64,000 nucleotides of DNA from Lama glama (lineage: Eukaryota), in NCBI GenBank assembly GCA_028534125.1, contig CM052816.1:40798001-40862000 (forward strand), in the 5' to 3' direction. How positions within the stretch are numbered: position 1 is the first letter of the stretch; every line of letters starts with the position of its first letter. Both the position numbers and the translations under genes were made by a program. Below are positions 1 through 13,800 of the stretch, in pieces. The notes below the pieces were generated by a model. It did no database searches. It was given only the letters and a program-made list of their open reading frames with translations, and was not told the DNA's origin.

Positions 1-972
1 TTGCCCAGAAAAGTGGAAGAGTTACTAGGTATTTTACTGTAGAAAGGAGACAGGAGACCATGTAGTCAGATTTCAAGTTTACAGTACCTTAGACATCACC
101 TAGTCCAAGAGCTTCATTTTATATATAAACCCTCTGTGGTGCAAGAAACACGTCCCTTGCACAACATTAAAATGCTTCTTAATAGGAGAAGCACGACTGG
201 TGTCCATGTGGAAAACACCAGGTGACTGCTTTCCCACAGCACTAACTGACAGCTTGTAGTTTTCTAAGATATTCAAATGTTTAAATGTAACAGAAAGACT
301 ACTGAGTTTTCAAAACAAACGTTTATTCTAAAGGTTTATTAGTTTAATCAACTGTCGTGAGTCTATCCATAAAATAAGAGGAAAAATCCAATTTTCCATT
401 AAAAATAGTATTATTTGTGCATCTGCATTTCTTCCTTTTATATCCTAAGTAAAATTAGGATTGCAAAACTTTTTAGGGCTTATTATCTAACAGCAGTCAC
501 TATTTTGGTCATAATTAACATTTCTGATTATTTTTCTTGTCTGGCAGTAAAATCATTTCAAAGACTGTGTTTTAGCCCTTTAGTGATAGAGCTGCAGCAG
601 CCCAGCCACTGTTATAAATTCAGTCTGACCTTTTCTGGAACTGTTTGAGTAGATAAATAGGAAAATGTAACTGTACCCTGGCAAACATCGCCACTGTTAG
701 GCTTTCCACTGAGATAATGAAAGACTAAGTTTGTGGGAGTGTTGATTTCATCCAATATTCAAACTGAGTTACTGCAAACCTCCATTAAAAATTCAAACTA
801 TAATGTCAACATTATAGAAGGACACACTCTCTCTGTACACAGGGCTCCCTTGGTGGCTTTTGCAAATTAAAATGCTAAAAATGAAAACATGGATGCTCAG
901 AAATAGACTCATTAAAAGAGAACAGAGAGTAGAATGTGTTGCTAACCTTTTCAAGCTTTAGGTTTATTTTAG

Positions 973-1080
973 GTGACAACATAATTATCTAATGTTCTTA
1001 GTTAAACCTGTAGAATCAGGGAAAACCCAAGAAACATCTGTACTACAAAAATTTTACTTTAAAGAAACCCCAAACCTGAG
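973..1080 (+). other. Candidate exon A of an unidentified gene or pseudogene
   Basis: Acceptor tttattttag| at 972 (alternative ttcttag| at 1001) and donor GAG|gtaaca at 1080/1081. 108 nt, phase 2-2, reads *QHNYLMFLVKPVESGKTQETSVLQKFYFKETPNL; stop-free if the 1001 acceptor is used. No homologue recognised. Confidence 0.3.
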
Positions 1081-1604
1081 GTAACATGCAAACTTATGAT
1101 AAAACAATTTTCTTAGCATTGGGATGTCTCAGAATAAATGTCAGGATAGGAATTAATCCACCATTGAGCACCTTGAATATTGATGCATAAATTTTTCCTC
1201 CAGTGATTCTTTTAAGACAGTATTTTCTAGGTTTGTTTGTGGATGATCACCCAATTTGAAAAGACCTTGCTCTTTAAAAACAACAATAATCCTGAGTACT
1301 GTCCCTCACTGTTTCCCTCAGGGTTTAATGATTATGAGACAGTAGAACTTGTCATTTTGTGTGTCAGTTGAATTTAAGTTAAATTGACAACCATATTGAA
1401 TTCAAAACAGGAAGTCTCTACATAGGTTAAGGGGTATTTAGTTTGCCATTAAACGTTTGCAAGATTATGCAATTAATTTCTAATGAAATATATGAGAATG
1501 TTTTCATTTTAAATGGTCTGCAAAATAATTCTACTTACATCTCTATATACATTTAAGTTCCTAAAAAAAAAAAATGGCCTACTTGTTTCTTGAACTTCCT
1601 TTAA

Positions 1605-1845
1605 AATTTTTTTCTTGTGATGAGAATTTTAAGATCTACAATCTTAGCAACTTTAAAATATTCACTGCAGTGTTACTAGCTATAGTCACCATAGTGTATG
1701 TTCCACCCTGAAACTTGTTTATTTTATAACTGGAAGTTTGTAACTTTTGACCCCCTGCACCCATTCTGACTGTCCTATCCTGCCCTCCCTGCCCCTGGCA
1801 AACAATAATTTAATTTGTTCTCTATATCTAATGCTGCTGTGAACA
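1605..1845 (-). mobile_element. L1MA-type LINE-1 3' end fragment
   Basis: T-rich start then cttgtgatgagaattttaagatctac...ctatagtcaccat...ataactggaagtttgtaacttttgacc, resembling the reverse complement of L1MA8/9-like 3' UTRs. Confidence 0.75.
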
Positions 1846-2984
1846 AAAGGAAGAACAGATTTAGGCAAAAAGTAGAAAGTTAATTTTTGATATGCAGAAT
1901 TTGAAGTGTTAGAAGCTTTTAAAATACAGATGACTTTGCTCCCATCTCATTAGGGTACTTAGAACATCGGTGAATCCTATATGTATCTATTAAGCAATAG
2001 TTGTAGCAATAGTAAAAAGTGAGATAAAGTAAATACACTACCTTAGATTATCATTAGACTCTTTTTTTTGCCACCATTGTAATAGCAAAAGGATTTGCCT
2101 CTAAAATCTTTGCCTCCTTTTTTGCCTTTTGGATAATTTTTTTTTCTGATGATCAATGTCAACTGTCTCTCCTACATGGATATTACTTATTGCCAAATCC
2201 CCTGGCATAAATATCTATTTTAGTGATTTTTATAAGCCCCTTTCTCTTGGCTTGGAGTGAGATGAAGAACTTCCCTTCCTTTCTCATGGTCATGAGAAAA
2301 AATATATTATGTCCACAGCTCTCACTGATGAAACCTTCCAAAGTTCAGTCCCATCATTTTATACTCTGAACATAGGTGATCACTAGCATAGGAAGAAATG
2401 ATTTGTAAAAAGCATAGACATTTTCTTTCCTTTGATAAGAGGTTGTTTGTAATGTTTTGTTAGGGCTCAGCCAAAACAGTTACAGAGATTTCATATTAAC
2501 ATTCTGCTGTAGCTTTACATAGGTCATCTAAAAATATTCCACCCTCTCTAAGGTCTTGAAAACTGCTCAGGACTGATTGGTTATCACTCTACAGTGAGTT
2601 CTGTCTGGAGAGCTCTCTGTCTCTCCTTATCTCTAAATTCTGAGCACATGAGTTCTTGTTTCTCTCTAATTTGAACAAAAGCTTCAATGCATTCATTAAA
2701 TATTAATATTGTACTGAAGTATAAAACTCATTTCCTGGTTCAGATCTGAGCTGAAAAGGTAACTCCTGTAACTGTGGGTCTCAAGTGATGATCTATATAT
2801 GTGTAGTATCAGTATCCTCGGGGACACTCCCTAAAAATTGGGCCTCTACCCAGTTTGATCAGTTATTATCTTGGATGACTGAGTTAGGAATCTGGACTTT
2901 AGACAATGGCATAGGTGATTACAATGCCCAACCTGGTTTGGAAGGACAGGTTTCATCTTTATGGTTCTGAGACCACAACATAGA

Positions 2985-3880
2985 TAGATGTTGTTGCTAT
3001 TAAGTTGTATGAGCTGTTTGGAAATTAAGCCTTTGTCAGTCACATCATTTGCAAATATTTTCTCCCATTCTTTAGGGTGTCACTTTGTTTTGCTTATGAT
3101 TTCTTTTGCTGTGTAAAAGCTTTTAAGTTGAATTAGGTCCCATTTATTTTTGCATTTATTTATTGCCTGGGTAGACTGCCCTAGGAGAACAGTGCTAAGA
3201 TTTGTGTCAGAGAATGTTTTGCCTACATTTCCTTCTAGAAGACTGATCATGTCTTGTCTTATATTTAAGCAATTTTAAATTTATTTTTGTGTATGGAGTG
3301 AAGGAGTGTTCTAACTTCATTGATTTACATGCTGCTATCCAGTTTTCCCAACACCACTTGCTGAAGAGACTGTCTTTTCTCCACTGTATATTCTTGCCTC
3401 CTTTGTTGAAGATTAATTGACCATAGGTCTGTGGGTTTATTTCTGGGCTCTCTATTCTGTTCCATTGATCCATATGTCTGGTTTTTATGCCAATACCGTG
3501 CTGTTTTAATTACTGTAGCTCTGTAGTATTGTGTGAAGTCTGGGAGGGTTATTCCTCCAGCTTCGTTCTTTTTCTTCAGTATTGCTTTGGCAATTCTGGG
3601 TCTTTTGTGATTCCATATACATTTTAGGATTATTCGTTCTAGTTCAGTGAAAAATGTCTGGGTAATCTGATAGGGATTGCATTAAATCTGTAGATTGCCT
3701 TGGGCAGTATGGCCATTCTAACAATAATGATTCTTCTAATCAGATAGTATGGGATATCTTTCCATTTCTTTAAGTAATCTTTATTTCCTTCATCAGTGTT
3801 TTGTAGTTCTCCATGTATAAATCTTTCACCTCCTTGGTCAGATTTATACCTAAGTATTTTATTATTTTGGATGTGATTTT
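2985..3880 (-). mobile_element. Relatively young LINE-1 ORF2 C-terminal fragment
   Basis: ORF 3207-3473 [44 protein letters not shown] is typical L1 ORF2p; closely similar to the copy at 49171-50650. Confidence 0.95.
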
Positions 3881-4390
3881 AGGTGTCAGGTTCTTAAACA
3901 CAAAAATTTTCAGTAACTTTAAAGTCTAGGAAGTTATATATATCACTTGTCCTTGACATTTAAATTATATATATATATAGTTCCTTATAATACTCTAAAT
4001 GTTCTACAGGTGAATAAAATTATTTGTATATTGATAAGAAGCTCATAAGTATTGGTTCTCATTTGAGCAAAGAATTGTAGTATTTTATACAATTTCTCTC
4101 AGAACCATAAAACATCTGAACATATGTACATTGGAATGATACATCTGAACATGTACTGGTTTAAAAAATTTACCAAATATTTCTGCCATTATCAAGTTCT
4201 TTGAATTATGAAATTTGAATTTTCCATGAATGTGCTACTAATAGCACTTCAAAAATATCTTTGTAGAATGATTTTATAAATCATACTCTTACAGAATTAG
4301 TAATAAAATACTAAGGAATTTTTGAATTTATATGAGATTTAATCTTAATTTGATTATTAATATATTCATGATTTGAAACAAATATATTTA

Positions 4391-4873
4391 CAGATCTGCC
4401 TCAACTTAAAATAGGTTTATCAAGATGTAACCCCATCATAATTTGAAAATACAGTAAGTTGAAAATGCATTTAATACACCTAACCTACCTAACATGATAG
4501 CCTAGCCTACCTTAAACATGCTCAGAACACTTATATTAGCCCAGAGTCAGGCAAAGCCATCTAACACAAAGCCTGTATTATAATAAAGTGTTGAATGTCT
4601 CATATAGTTTATTGAATACTGTACTCAAAGTGAAAAAACAGAATGGTTATGTAGGTACAGAATGTGACACGTGTATTGATTATTGACCCCTGTGGCGGCC
4701 TGGCTGGCTGAGGGCTGCAGTGCTGCCTGCCCAGCGCCGCAGAAGGGTATCGTACTGTGTATTGCTAGTCTGGGAAAAGGTCAAATTTCAAAGTTTCAAG
4801 TCTGGTTTCTAGTGACCGCATATTTCTCTTACACTGTTGCAAAGTCAAACTGTTGTAAATCAAGGACCATCTG
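4391..4873. mobile_element. TcMar-Tigger non-autonomous DNA transposon (Tigger5/MER47-like)
   Basis: TA|cagatctgcctcaactta...gtaaatcaaggaccatctg|TA: degenerate terminal inverted repeats with TA target duplication; internal gaaaatgcatttaatacacctaacctacc...aataaagtgttgaat motif. Confidence 0.85.
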
Positions 4874-5459
4874 TATTTTTGCCATGTACTATAGTCCTTA
4901 TCATAAAAACCTAAAATGCTCAATTTATATTTTTATAATACATTGATAATAAATAAAATTATGGTTCTATTAGTCCATTTAATGACATTGTTCAACTACT
5001 GAGAATGGTACATTTTTCAGTGAGTTATTTTTTGGCCCTCTAATTGGAATGTTGTTCTGAGAGCAAAGATAACATGGGAAAGCTGTGATTATCATGTCTA
5101 AAGTGAGATTCGTCTTTCCTCTACCATTATGATGAGTAAAAATTGAAGATCTGTGATGAACTTTAACTTAGCTCTAGCGAGATAACACAACATAGGTTTC
5201 TTGGTTATAAATCTTGAAATGACAAATGTCAAACTGCAATGAACTGCAGCAACACATAAAGCTAAACTTAATATATTCATAATAAAATAGTACTTTTCCA
5301 CAGTGACATAAGGGGTTATTCTAATTTTGTTGCATTTTTAACTAACCATGAACAACAAAGGTGTAACTTAATACCTAGGAAAAGATAAGTGCTCACTTTA
5401 TTTCAGTACTTTTACAAACGTGAGTTAGGGTGACAGCATTATTTCAAGCCACATTAGAT

Positions 5460-8400
5460 CTATATGCCTATCTTCATGTCAGTACCATACTTCTTTATTA
5501 CTGTAGATGTGTTAGTAGGTTTTGAAACTAGGAAGTATGAGTTCTGTATCTTTGTTCTTTTTCTAGATTTGGGGGACTGTTCTGGCTCTCTCACATATTC
5601 ATAAAATTTTAGGATCAGCTTGTTAAACTGATTAAAACAACTGTTAAAAAACAATTGGAATTTTGATAGGAATTATATTGACCATGTAGATCAATTTGGG
5701 AGCTTTATTATCTTAACAGTGTTAAGACATCCTATGCATTGAAGTGTCTTTCAATTTATTTAGGTCTTTAATTTCTTTAGGCAATGATTCATAATTTTAA
5801 GCATACAAATCTTTCACCTTAGCTTGGATACCATGTAAATGGAATTATTTTCTCGATTTTATGTTTAGATTATAAGTTGCTAGTGTATAGAAATAAAATT
5901 GATGTTGGTGTACTGGTCTTGGGTGCTGCAGCCTTAATGCCCTATCTGGAGCCTCTAATACAATGTTGAATAAAAGTGACAAGAGAAGACTTTCATGTCT
6001 TTTCCCTGATCTTCAGGTAAAAGCTTTCAGTCTTTCACCATTAAGGATGGTGTTACTCGTGGATTTTCTGTAGCTGTCCTTTAACCCTTTGTAGAATTTC
6101 CCATATTTATCTAGTTTATTGAGTATTTTATCAGATGTGTTTTTTGTATCTAGTATGATGGTCATGTGTGTGTTTTTCCCATTCTACTAAGATGATATGT
6201 CACATTGGTTGATTTATTTTAAACCAGCCTTACATTCCTGAGAAATCCTACTTCTTAATGGTATATAATACTTAGGCTGCTGAATTTGACTTGCTTTTAT
6301 TTTGTTGAGGCTATCTGTGTTAATATTGATAGAGGACACTGGCCTACAGCATTTTCTTATAAGAAATTTGTCTGACTTTACTTCCAGGGTAATTGTGTCA
6401 TTCTAAAATGAGTTGAGAAAAAGTGTTTGGAAAGCGTTAGTGTTAACTCTTTAAATGTTTTGTTGAATTCACCAGTGAAGTCATCTGGTCCTAAGTGATT
6501 CTTTTCGTGAAGTTTTTTGATTACTAATTCACCCTGTTTACTTGTTATTTATTCAGATTCTCTTTTTTCCCCTCAAGTTTTGGTAATATATGTCTTTCTA
6601 GAAAGTTTACTCATTGTTATCTAATTGGTTGCCATATAATTGCTCAAAGAATTTCCTTACAATCCACTTTTATTTCTGTAGTCTGTACTAATGGTTCACC
6701 TTCAACTCCTAATTTTAGCAATTGGAAATTTTTCTGTTTTTTTTTTTTTCTTGGTCAGTGCAGCTAAAAAGCTGTTAATTTTGTGGCTCTTTTCAAAGAA
6801 TCAATTTTTGGTTTTGTTGATTTTCTGTTTTTCATATTTCATTTTTTGGTTCTCTAATCTTTACTCTTTCCTTTTCTGCTTTCTTTGGATTTAGTTAGAA
6901 TAATTTCTTAGGGTTGAAGATAGGTTATTGATTTGAGATCTTTCTTTTTTATTGTGGTCCATTATAGCTATCAGTTTTCATCTGAACACTGCTTTCATTA
7001 TATGCAGTAAGTATTGATATTACAGTGCATTTGGTAATTGCCTTGTAATTTATTCCTGGACTCTGGTTAATTAGGAATGTGCTATTTAATTACCACAGAT
7101 ATGTGAATTTCCTAAATTTCCTTCTGTTACTGATTTCTAATTTCGTTTCATTTGGTCCAAGAACATACTTCATATGATTTAAATCCTTTAAAATTTATTG
7201 AGATTTGTTTTATGAACAAATGTATACAATTGACCCTTAAATACCATGGGGGCATTATGGACATTGATCCTCTCCACAATCAGAAATCCAAGTATAGCTT
7301 ATAGTCAGCCCTCCATATCCACTGTCCTCTGTATCTGTGGCCTTAACCAACCACAGATTGTGTAGTACTCTAGTATTTACTATTAAAACTCTGCATGTAA
7401 GTATACCTACACAGCTGAAACCCATGTATTCAAGGGTCAGCTGTAGTCTTTCCTAGAAAATGTTCCATAAGCACTTGAGAAGAATGTGTATTCTCTTGTT
7501 GGGTGGAGTTAGTGGTAGATGGCTTGTAACATTCTTCATGTCTTCTATTTTCTTGGTATTTTCTGTCTTGTTGTTCTACTCATTATTGAAAGCCTCCAGC
7601 TAGGTTTTCTTCTGCCTTCAGCTGTTAGATGGGACAGTCTAAGTTAATCTTTTCTCAAGTTTGCTGATTCACCCTTCTTTCTGCCTGCACAAATCTGATG
7701 TTGATTTTTTTCTGCTGAATTTTTCATTTCAGTGATTTTAGTTTTCAACCACAGACTTTATTTGATCTGTTTTTCTTTCTGTCTCTATTGATATTCCATA
7801 TTTGTTGAGACAGCAGTCTTATACGTTCTTTTAGTTATTTAGACATAGTCTCCTTTAGCTCTTTGAACATAATTAAAATAGCTGACTTAAAGTCTAAGTC
7901 TAGGAGGTCCTGCATCTGGGCTTCCTCAGGGACAGCTTATATTGATTGATTTTTTTCCCTTTGTGCAGGTCATACTTCCTTGTTTCTTTGTATGTATCAT
8001 AATGTTTCGAGGAAAAATGTACACTACTTGCTTTTGTTGTTGTTATTGGGTTAGTAACATTTCTGAACTAATTTTTAAAGTCTGTTTCTTTGTGCTGTAA
8101 GACTTTACTTGTTTTACTTAGTGGTCAGAAAATAACTAAACAAATTTCCTTAACTTTCTTGAATTATCTTTGCTGACATAATTGCTCTGTGTGAGTGTTG
8201 GGACACATGTTCAAAACTCAAAAGGAATTTTAAACTCTGACTTAGTCTATATTTTCTGATTGTGCAGAGCCTCAGGTGTATCGGGGTGAGACCTTAAGAC
8301 CTTCTCATGTTTTTCTTAAACATACACACCTATCTGTATTTAAGACTAAGAATCCATATTGCTTCCCAGTTTTTCAAAGCCCCTGTGGACATCTCACTCA

Positions 8401-8640
8401 CTCTTCAGCTTTCCCTTGTAGTATTTCTGGGAATTGCTCTTAGCACCGAGCAAGTTCAAGTGGCATCAAATAAAAATAAGTTGAGTAGAATCTTCCAGGG
8501 AACCACTAGACAGATCAAAAGAATCACTATATTTGGAATGAGCCCCAGTAGCATTTTGCTTCCTCTGATACCAGGAATATGGGCTACTGTCATTTCAAGT
8601 CTACTGCTTATATTAACTACCAGGGTTTCATCTCCCTCTC
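5460..8640 (-). mobile_element. Old LINE-1 (L1M-type), degenerate ORF2 with a jump to ORF1 and 5' region
   Basis: Reverse-strand L1 ORF2 hallmarks (ttttgataggaattatattg, aaagctttcagtctttcacc, ttttcaaagaatcaatttttgg, gcacttgagaagaatgtgtattct); ORF1-like sequence from about 7620; interrupted by a MITE at 7227-7443. Confidence 0.8.
7227..7443. mobile_element. Tigger2-family MITE nested in L1
   Basis: TA|caattgaccctt...ttcaagggtcagctg|TA; termini match Tigger2 TIRs (cagttgacccttgaa), TA duplication present. Confidence 0.85.
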
Positions 8641-8689
8641 TATAGTGGTCATGTTCACTCCCCTCCACGCTAGGAGGTATCATATAAAG

Positions 8690-10535
8690 ATCATATGAGT
8701 AGGTTCCAGAGAGTTGTAGGAATTACAAGAAATAAAATGGAAATGCTAGAAGTTATTCAAAAAAGTGCTAACAGTTCTATAGCTGCCTCAAGAGAATCAA
8801 TAAACAGTGGAGAGACTCAGTCAAACTGGAAATATATCAATAAAAATTATTCAAACTGAAATGCAAAAAAAGCAAAATGAAGCAAACAAAACCCCAGACT
8901 GTGCTAAAGCAATATGACAATATTAGAGTCTAGTATAAGCGTCACCAGAATTTTGGAAGTAGAATAAAGAGAAAACAGTACAGAAGAAAGGAATGCGGAG
9001 GCTTTTCTTAGTCAAAGATACTAAACCCACAGATCCAAGAAACTCAGAACACTGAGCCGGATAAATACCAACAAAAACCAAAGTCTTGTATACTGTATTC
9101 ACACTGTTGGAACCAATGATAAAGAGAAACTCTTGAAAGCAGCAAGAACAAAAAAATTACTTACCAAGGGACAAGGATAAGAATGCAGGATTCTATATTC
9201 AGTGAAAACATCCTTCAGAGTTAAATGAGAAACACACACTTTCTCAATGAAGCAAAAACTGAGTGAATCTGTTGCCAGTAAGACCTACTCTAGAAGAAAT
9301 GTTGGAGAACAGTTTTTAAGAAGAAATATGATCAAACAGAAAGTTAGATTGACATAGAGAAATGAAGAATGTAGAAAATGGAAAAAAAATACTGTATTTT
9401 ACCTTCATTTTCCATTTTTCGAAGTGATAACTGAGGAAAATACAGACTAAATAGTATACTGGGTGTTAATAACATAAAATTCATGACAACAAACAATGGC
9501 AGAAGGGATGGGAGAGAGCAATTGGTCATATAATTAAAATATTTCTTACCCTATATATGAGGTGGTATGATAGTATGTGAGATGTGAGAGTGGTTTTAGA
9601 TTTTTTTTAAGTATGCTCTACACACTAGAGCAACCACTAAAATATGCTTTTAAATAATATGTAACCAATAAATGAGACAAAATGGATTGTTAAACTAAGT
9701 TAAAGCAGAGAAAGCAGAGAAAATAAAACAAGGACCAAATGGAGCAAATAAAAAATAGCTGACAAGATTCTAGCACGTTTCAACCACATAAACAACCATT
9801 TTGAGTGTTAATACACTAAATGCACTTGTTGAAGGAGAATCTTATATTAGATTTAAAAAATGATCCAACTATATGTTGCCGATAAGAAATCCACTACAAA
9901 TACGAGATAGTGATAGGTTAGGTAAACGGATAGAGAAAGATGAAATCATTAACCAAAAGAAGTCTGGAGTAACTATATCAAATTTAAATAAACTACACTT
10001 GAGAACAAGGTTTTTCAGGGATAAAGAGGAATATTACATAGTGATAAAAGGGATTAAATTTTCCCAAAGTACTTAAGAATCCTAAATATGTATGGAAGAG
10101 CAATAGGCATCACATACTTGAAGAAATAATGGCTAGACCTGAAAGTAGAAACAGGTGTATTTGCAGTATAGTTGGAGACATTAGCATGCCTCTCTCAGTA
10201 ATTCATAGTACAAGTAGCCAGAAATCCAGTAATGAATAGATAACCTGAGAAACACTACCAACCAACAGAATCTAATTGAAATTTATAGAACATTCTAGCA
10301 AACAACAGCAAAACACACATTCTTCTCAAGTGTACATGGAACATACATCTAGATAGACTATATCCTGGGATATAAAACCTTCACAAATTTAAAAGGACAG
10401 AAATTATACAGAGTTTGTTCTTGAACCATAACAACATTAAACTGGAAGTCAATAATATGAAGGTATCTGGAATTTAGAAATTTACACAACACACTTCTAC
10501 CTAATCCATGAGTCAAAAAGAAAGTTTCAAGGGCA
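8690..10535 (+). mobile_element. Old LINE-1, ORF1 remnant plus ORF2 endonuclease remnant
   Basis: A-rich; aaacccacagatccaagaaactcag (ORF1); gatccaactatatgttg, ctggagtaactata, atagttggagacattagcatgcctctctcagta and ttcttctcaagtgtacatggaacat (endonuclease region). Confidence 0.85.
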
Positions 10536-12179
10536 ATTACTTTTACTTAGCTGCCTTTCCTCTCAGCTTGAAGAGAGTGATGGATCACAGTGATAAGGCA
10601 CTGAGTGGTAGATACACATCTATACTAGGTGAGTTTTAGCTTCTTTTCTAAGGTTCCCTGTGTACCTTCTAAAGATGGATCTTCCACAGGATAGTTTTTA
10701 GGTGGTAATAAGTGTGATTGCCAGATTGTGAACCCTCACCTTCCTTCCCTACGATTATTGGGAGGAATACAGCTACTGTGGCTGGAGTTTAAGAGTGGTA
10801 CTGATTTTAAAATGTGCTTTCTTTCCTGATTCCTGTTAAGATACAGGGGCAAGCTTTCTATTTCTGCTACCTGTCCCCTCTTATTCATTTTGGTAGGATT
10901 TTACTAAACAAGGTTCTTTCCTGTACTTTCTCTCTACCCTTTTAGTCAGAAAAATTTTCCCCAGTGATTATGTTTTTTTTTTAAACTATATCAAATTTTG
11001 TTTACAGTGAGAGGTTTTTCATTCAACAATAAGGTTATAGTATTTTGTAACAAGATTTCAACTTGACTGACTTGACTCATGACTGTGGAACAAATGTGAA
11101 GATGAACTGTCAATTTCAAAAGTAACTTGGTTGAGAAAAGAACTTGGTATGAAGTGAAAAGGCATATTCAGAGTTGTGAGCAATTTCAAAGTCCACTATG
11201 TAATAGTGTTAGTCTAATCACAGGGAAACAAAGTTCTAAGACATTCACTCAGTCTCTTGCTTGCAGAGAGAAGGTGGATTTTTAAAAGCACTATCCTAGG
11301 AGTGACATCTGATATTAACAGCAATTTCTTAATTTAGGCCATTAGATTTTCCTTTCATCACATTTCATCTTATTTCTTTGGACCCTTTTAAAGAACCTTT
11401 GAAGATATAACTTTTGATATACCTACCTTTCAGAGGATATTTTTCATGTGTGATACACGTGCCCAATTAAATCCCTAAAAAATTACTCATAGTACCTTTC
11501 ATCATTTTTTCCCAAAATCCCTAATATACTTTATGGTCCCATCTAATTTAAAGGGTAAACACTAACTTCAGTTAGTGCAGAGATCCAACAAATCGTCTTA
11601 CTATGTTATTCCTTTTCTACTTTACTCTGATACCATTTTTCCCTTTCCTTTTTTGTAGTATAAAACAATTTATTTAGCACTTAAAATATTACTATGGTGC
11701 TTTAGCTTGGAATTGAAGTCTGGGTTTATTCAAAGGCTTTTATGTATTATGAAATCCATAATGTTATATATATAGCATATTGATTATATATAGAGAGAGA
11801 GCAAATATTATTCATGGTGGTAACTAATGGATCAAAAAATAACATAATCCCAATAGATATGCCAATGGGAAAAAATACATAGAGAGAAAGAGAGGCATTT
11901 CCACTGTTCAAAATACAGATAGCCCTGATTTGGTAGAAACTTTCTTTGGTTGGGTGTAGGACATTAGTGAAATTTTATTTTATTTTAAATATCTTCCACT
12001 AATGATCACACCCCAAATGACTTAAACATATGAGACAAGGAAATATTCTTTGCAGGAGCCCCTAAGGCTGCTAGTAATCAGGTGTCTATTTCCCCTACAT
12101 CTGTTTGTCTTTAGTTGTTATTTTGAAATAATCTTAAGATTTACAGGAAGTTTGAAAATATTTCACAGAACATCACAGT

Positions 12180-12640
12180 AAAGCTGCCAGCTGCACAGTT
12201 TCTCTGTGTGGCTGAACCACACTGACTCCATAAGGTCAGCTCTGTCTTAGGCCCACAGTCTTACCTCGTCCCTTTTCTGTGCTGACTGACCTTTTCCTAC
12301 TCACAAGAGATGAGTTCCTCTCTCAGCTTTTCTTAACTGGAAGATGACTTTTGCTGAAACCAGATAGTTAATGGTCTGTGAGAAATAATGGTCATGAGAC
12401 CCCCAGGAGGAAGAAAAAACCCCAGTGCACATTGGCATGGATGGGCTTCTCCCTTAGCAGTCAGACTCTAGCTTTAGCTTTGGCCCTGGCGTGGAGTGCA
12501 GCTGCCAATGCCCCCGGATCCCCCTCGCCTGCCCCTGCCTGTATGTATGTTACCCACAATAGATGTCATAGGTGCACTTAAATGGAGTTGCCCACCTTGT
12601 TTTTTTGGTCCCAAAGTTTCTGCTCAGTTCAGAGGATATT
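12180..12640. mobile_element. Possible LTR remnant
   Basis: Abrupt GC-richer block with LTR-like composition; no clean termini identified. Confidence 0.3.
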
Positions 12641-12879
12641 ATTCAGTAACCCCACTGCCCAACAATCAGAAAGTTCCCATGTATTGCTTCACATAATCCT
12701 TTCAAGCACATTACTGCCATTTAACATATTGAAAACAAAACAAGTGAAGATCTCTCATCCAGCAAGTGTCAGGATTTTATCTTCATCTACCCAACTCCAA
12801 AGCATTTACTCCTCTACTGCATCAATAAAACATGATGCACCATTAGTCCTCTTTATACTGCTCCTTGTTAAAGAGTGGA

Positions 12880-13800
12880 GTAGGATTTCTGGTCAAGATA
12901 GCTTAGTAGCAGGACCACGAGCTCCCCTCCCATCGCGACTACAACAAAACCACAGCTGACTGCTAAACAACCATCGAAAAAGACTGGAACCTAGCGAAAA
13001 AGATCTTCAATTGGAACAATAAAGAGGGAACCACAGCTGGATGGTACAAGAGGCGTGTTTATGATATAATAGAGCCCCATACTCCCTAGGTGGGTAACAC
13101 AAGCTGAAGAATAATTAAGTCACAGAGGCCCTCCCAGAGGAGTGAGAGTTCTGAGCCCCACGTCAGGCTCCTCAGCCCAGGGTTCCAGCATTGAGAATAG
13201 GTGACCCCAGGACATCTGATCTTGAAGGCCAGTGGGGCTTAGCTCCAGCACTGAGGGAAACAGACTCCACTCTCTTGGGAAGCATACACAGAATTTCGCA
13301 TGTGTCAGGTCCAAGGGCAGAGGCAGTGAGTTCATAGGAACCTGGGCCAGACCTGCCTGCTGGTTTTGGAGGATCTCCTGGAGAGTTAGGGGGTGGCTGT
13401 GGCTCACTGAAGGGACATAAAAACTGATGGTGGACATTCTGGGAATATTTAGCTACATGAGCTTTCCTGGAGGTTGGAATCTTGATTGGATTATTAGCAC
13501 TAAGACCTAGCCTCCCGAAACAACATACTGGGTGGGAACACAGCCCCCACCCATCAACCGACTTCCTGAGCCACAAATGCCTCTAGACATGGCCCTACCC
13601 ACCAGAGGTCCAGGACGAAGCTTCCCCCAGCGGTGGGCAGGCACTGGCTCCTCCTGCCAGGAAACCTGCATCGCCCTCTAGTCCAGCCTCATCCACCAGG
13701 GGGCAGATATCAAAAAGAAGAAAACAACAACCCTAAAGCCTGTAGAAGGAATCCACAAACACAGGCCAGATTCTACCCTGGGACTAGCTGGACCCTGGCC
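12880..13800 (+). mobile_element. LINE-1 5' UTR (laurasiatherian/cetartiodactyl type)
   Basis: caagatagc...gagctcccctccc...aacaaaaccacagctgactgctaaacaaccatcg...gactggaacc start; GC-rich; cagaggccctcccagaggagtgagagttctgagccccacgtcaggctc motif. Confidence 0.8.

Noticed and set aside
2523..5102. Other AG...GT segments (2523-2593, 5021-5102)
   Set aside because: Stops in every frame and ambiguous sites (cagtgagt reads as donor or acceptor); indistinguishable from background.
12582..12959. 125-aa plus ORF
   Set aside because: Spans repeat remnants into the L1 5' UTR; no homology recognised.
13120..13576. Overlapping 105- and 134-aa minus ORFs
   Set aside because: Lie in the GC-rich L1 5' UTR where stops are rare; no recognisable protein.
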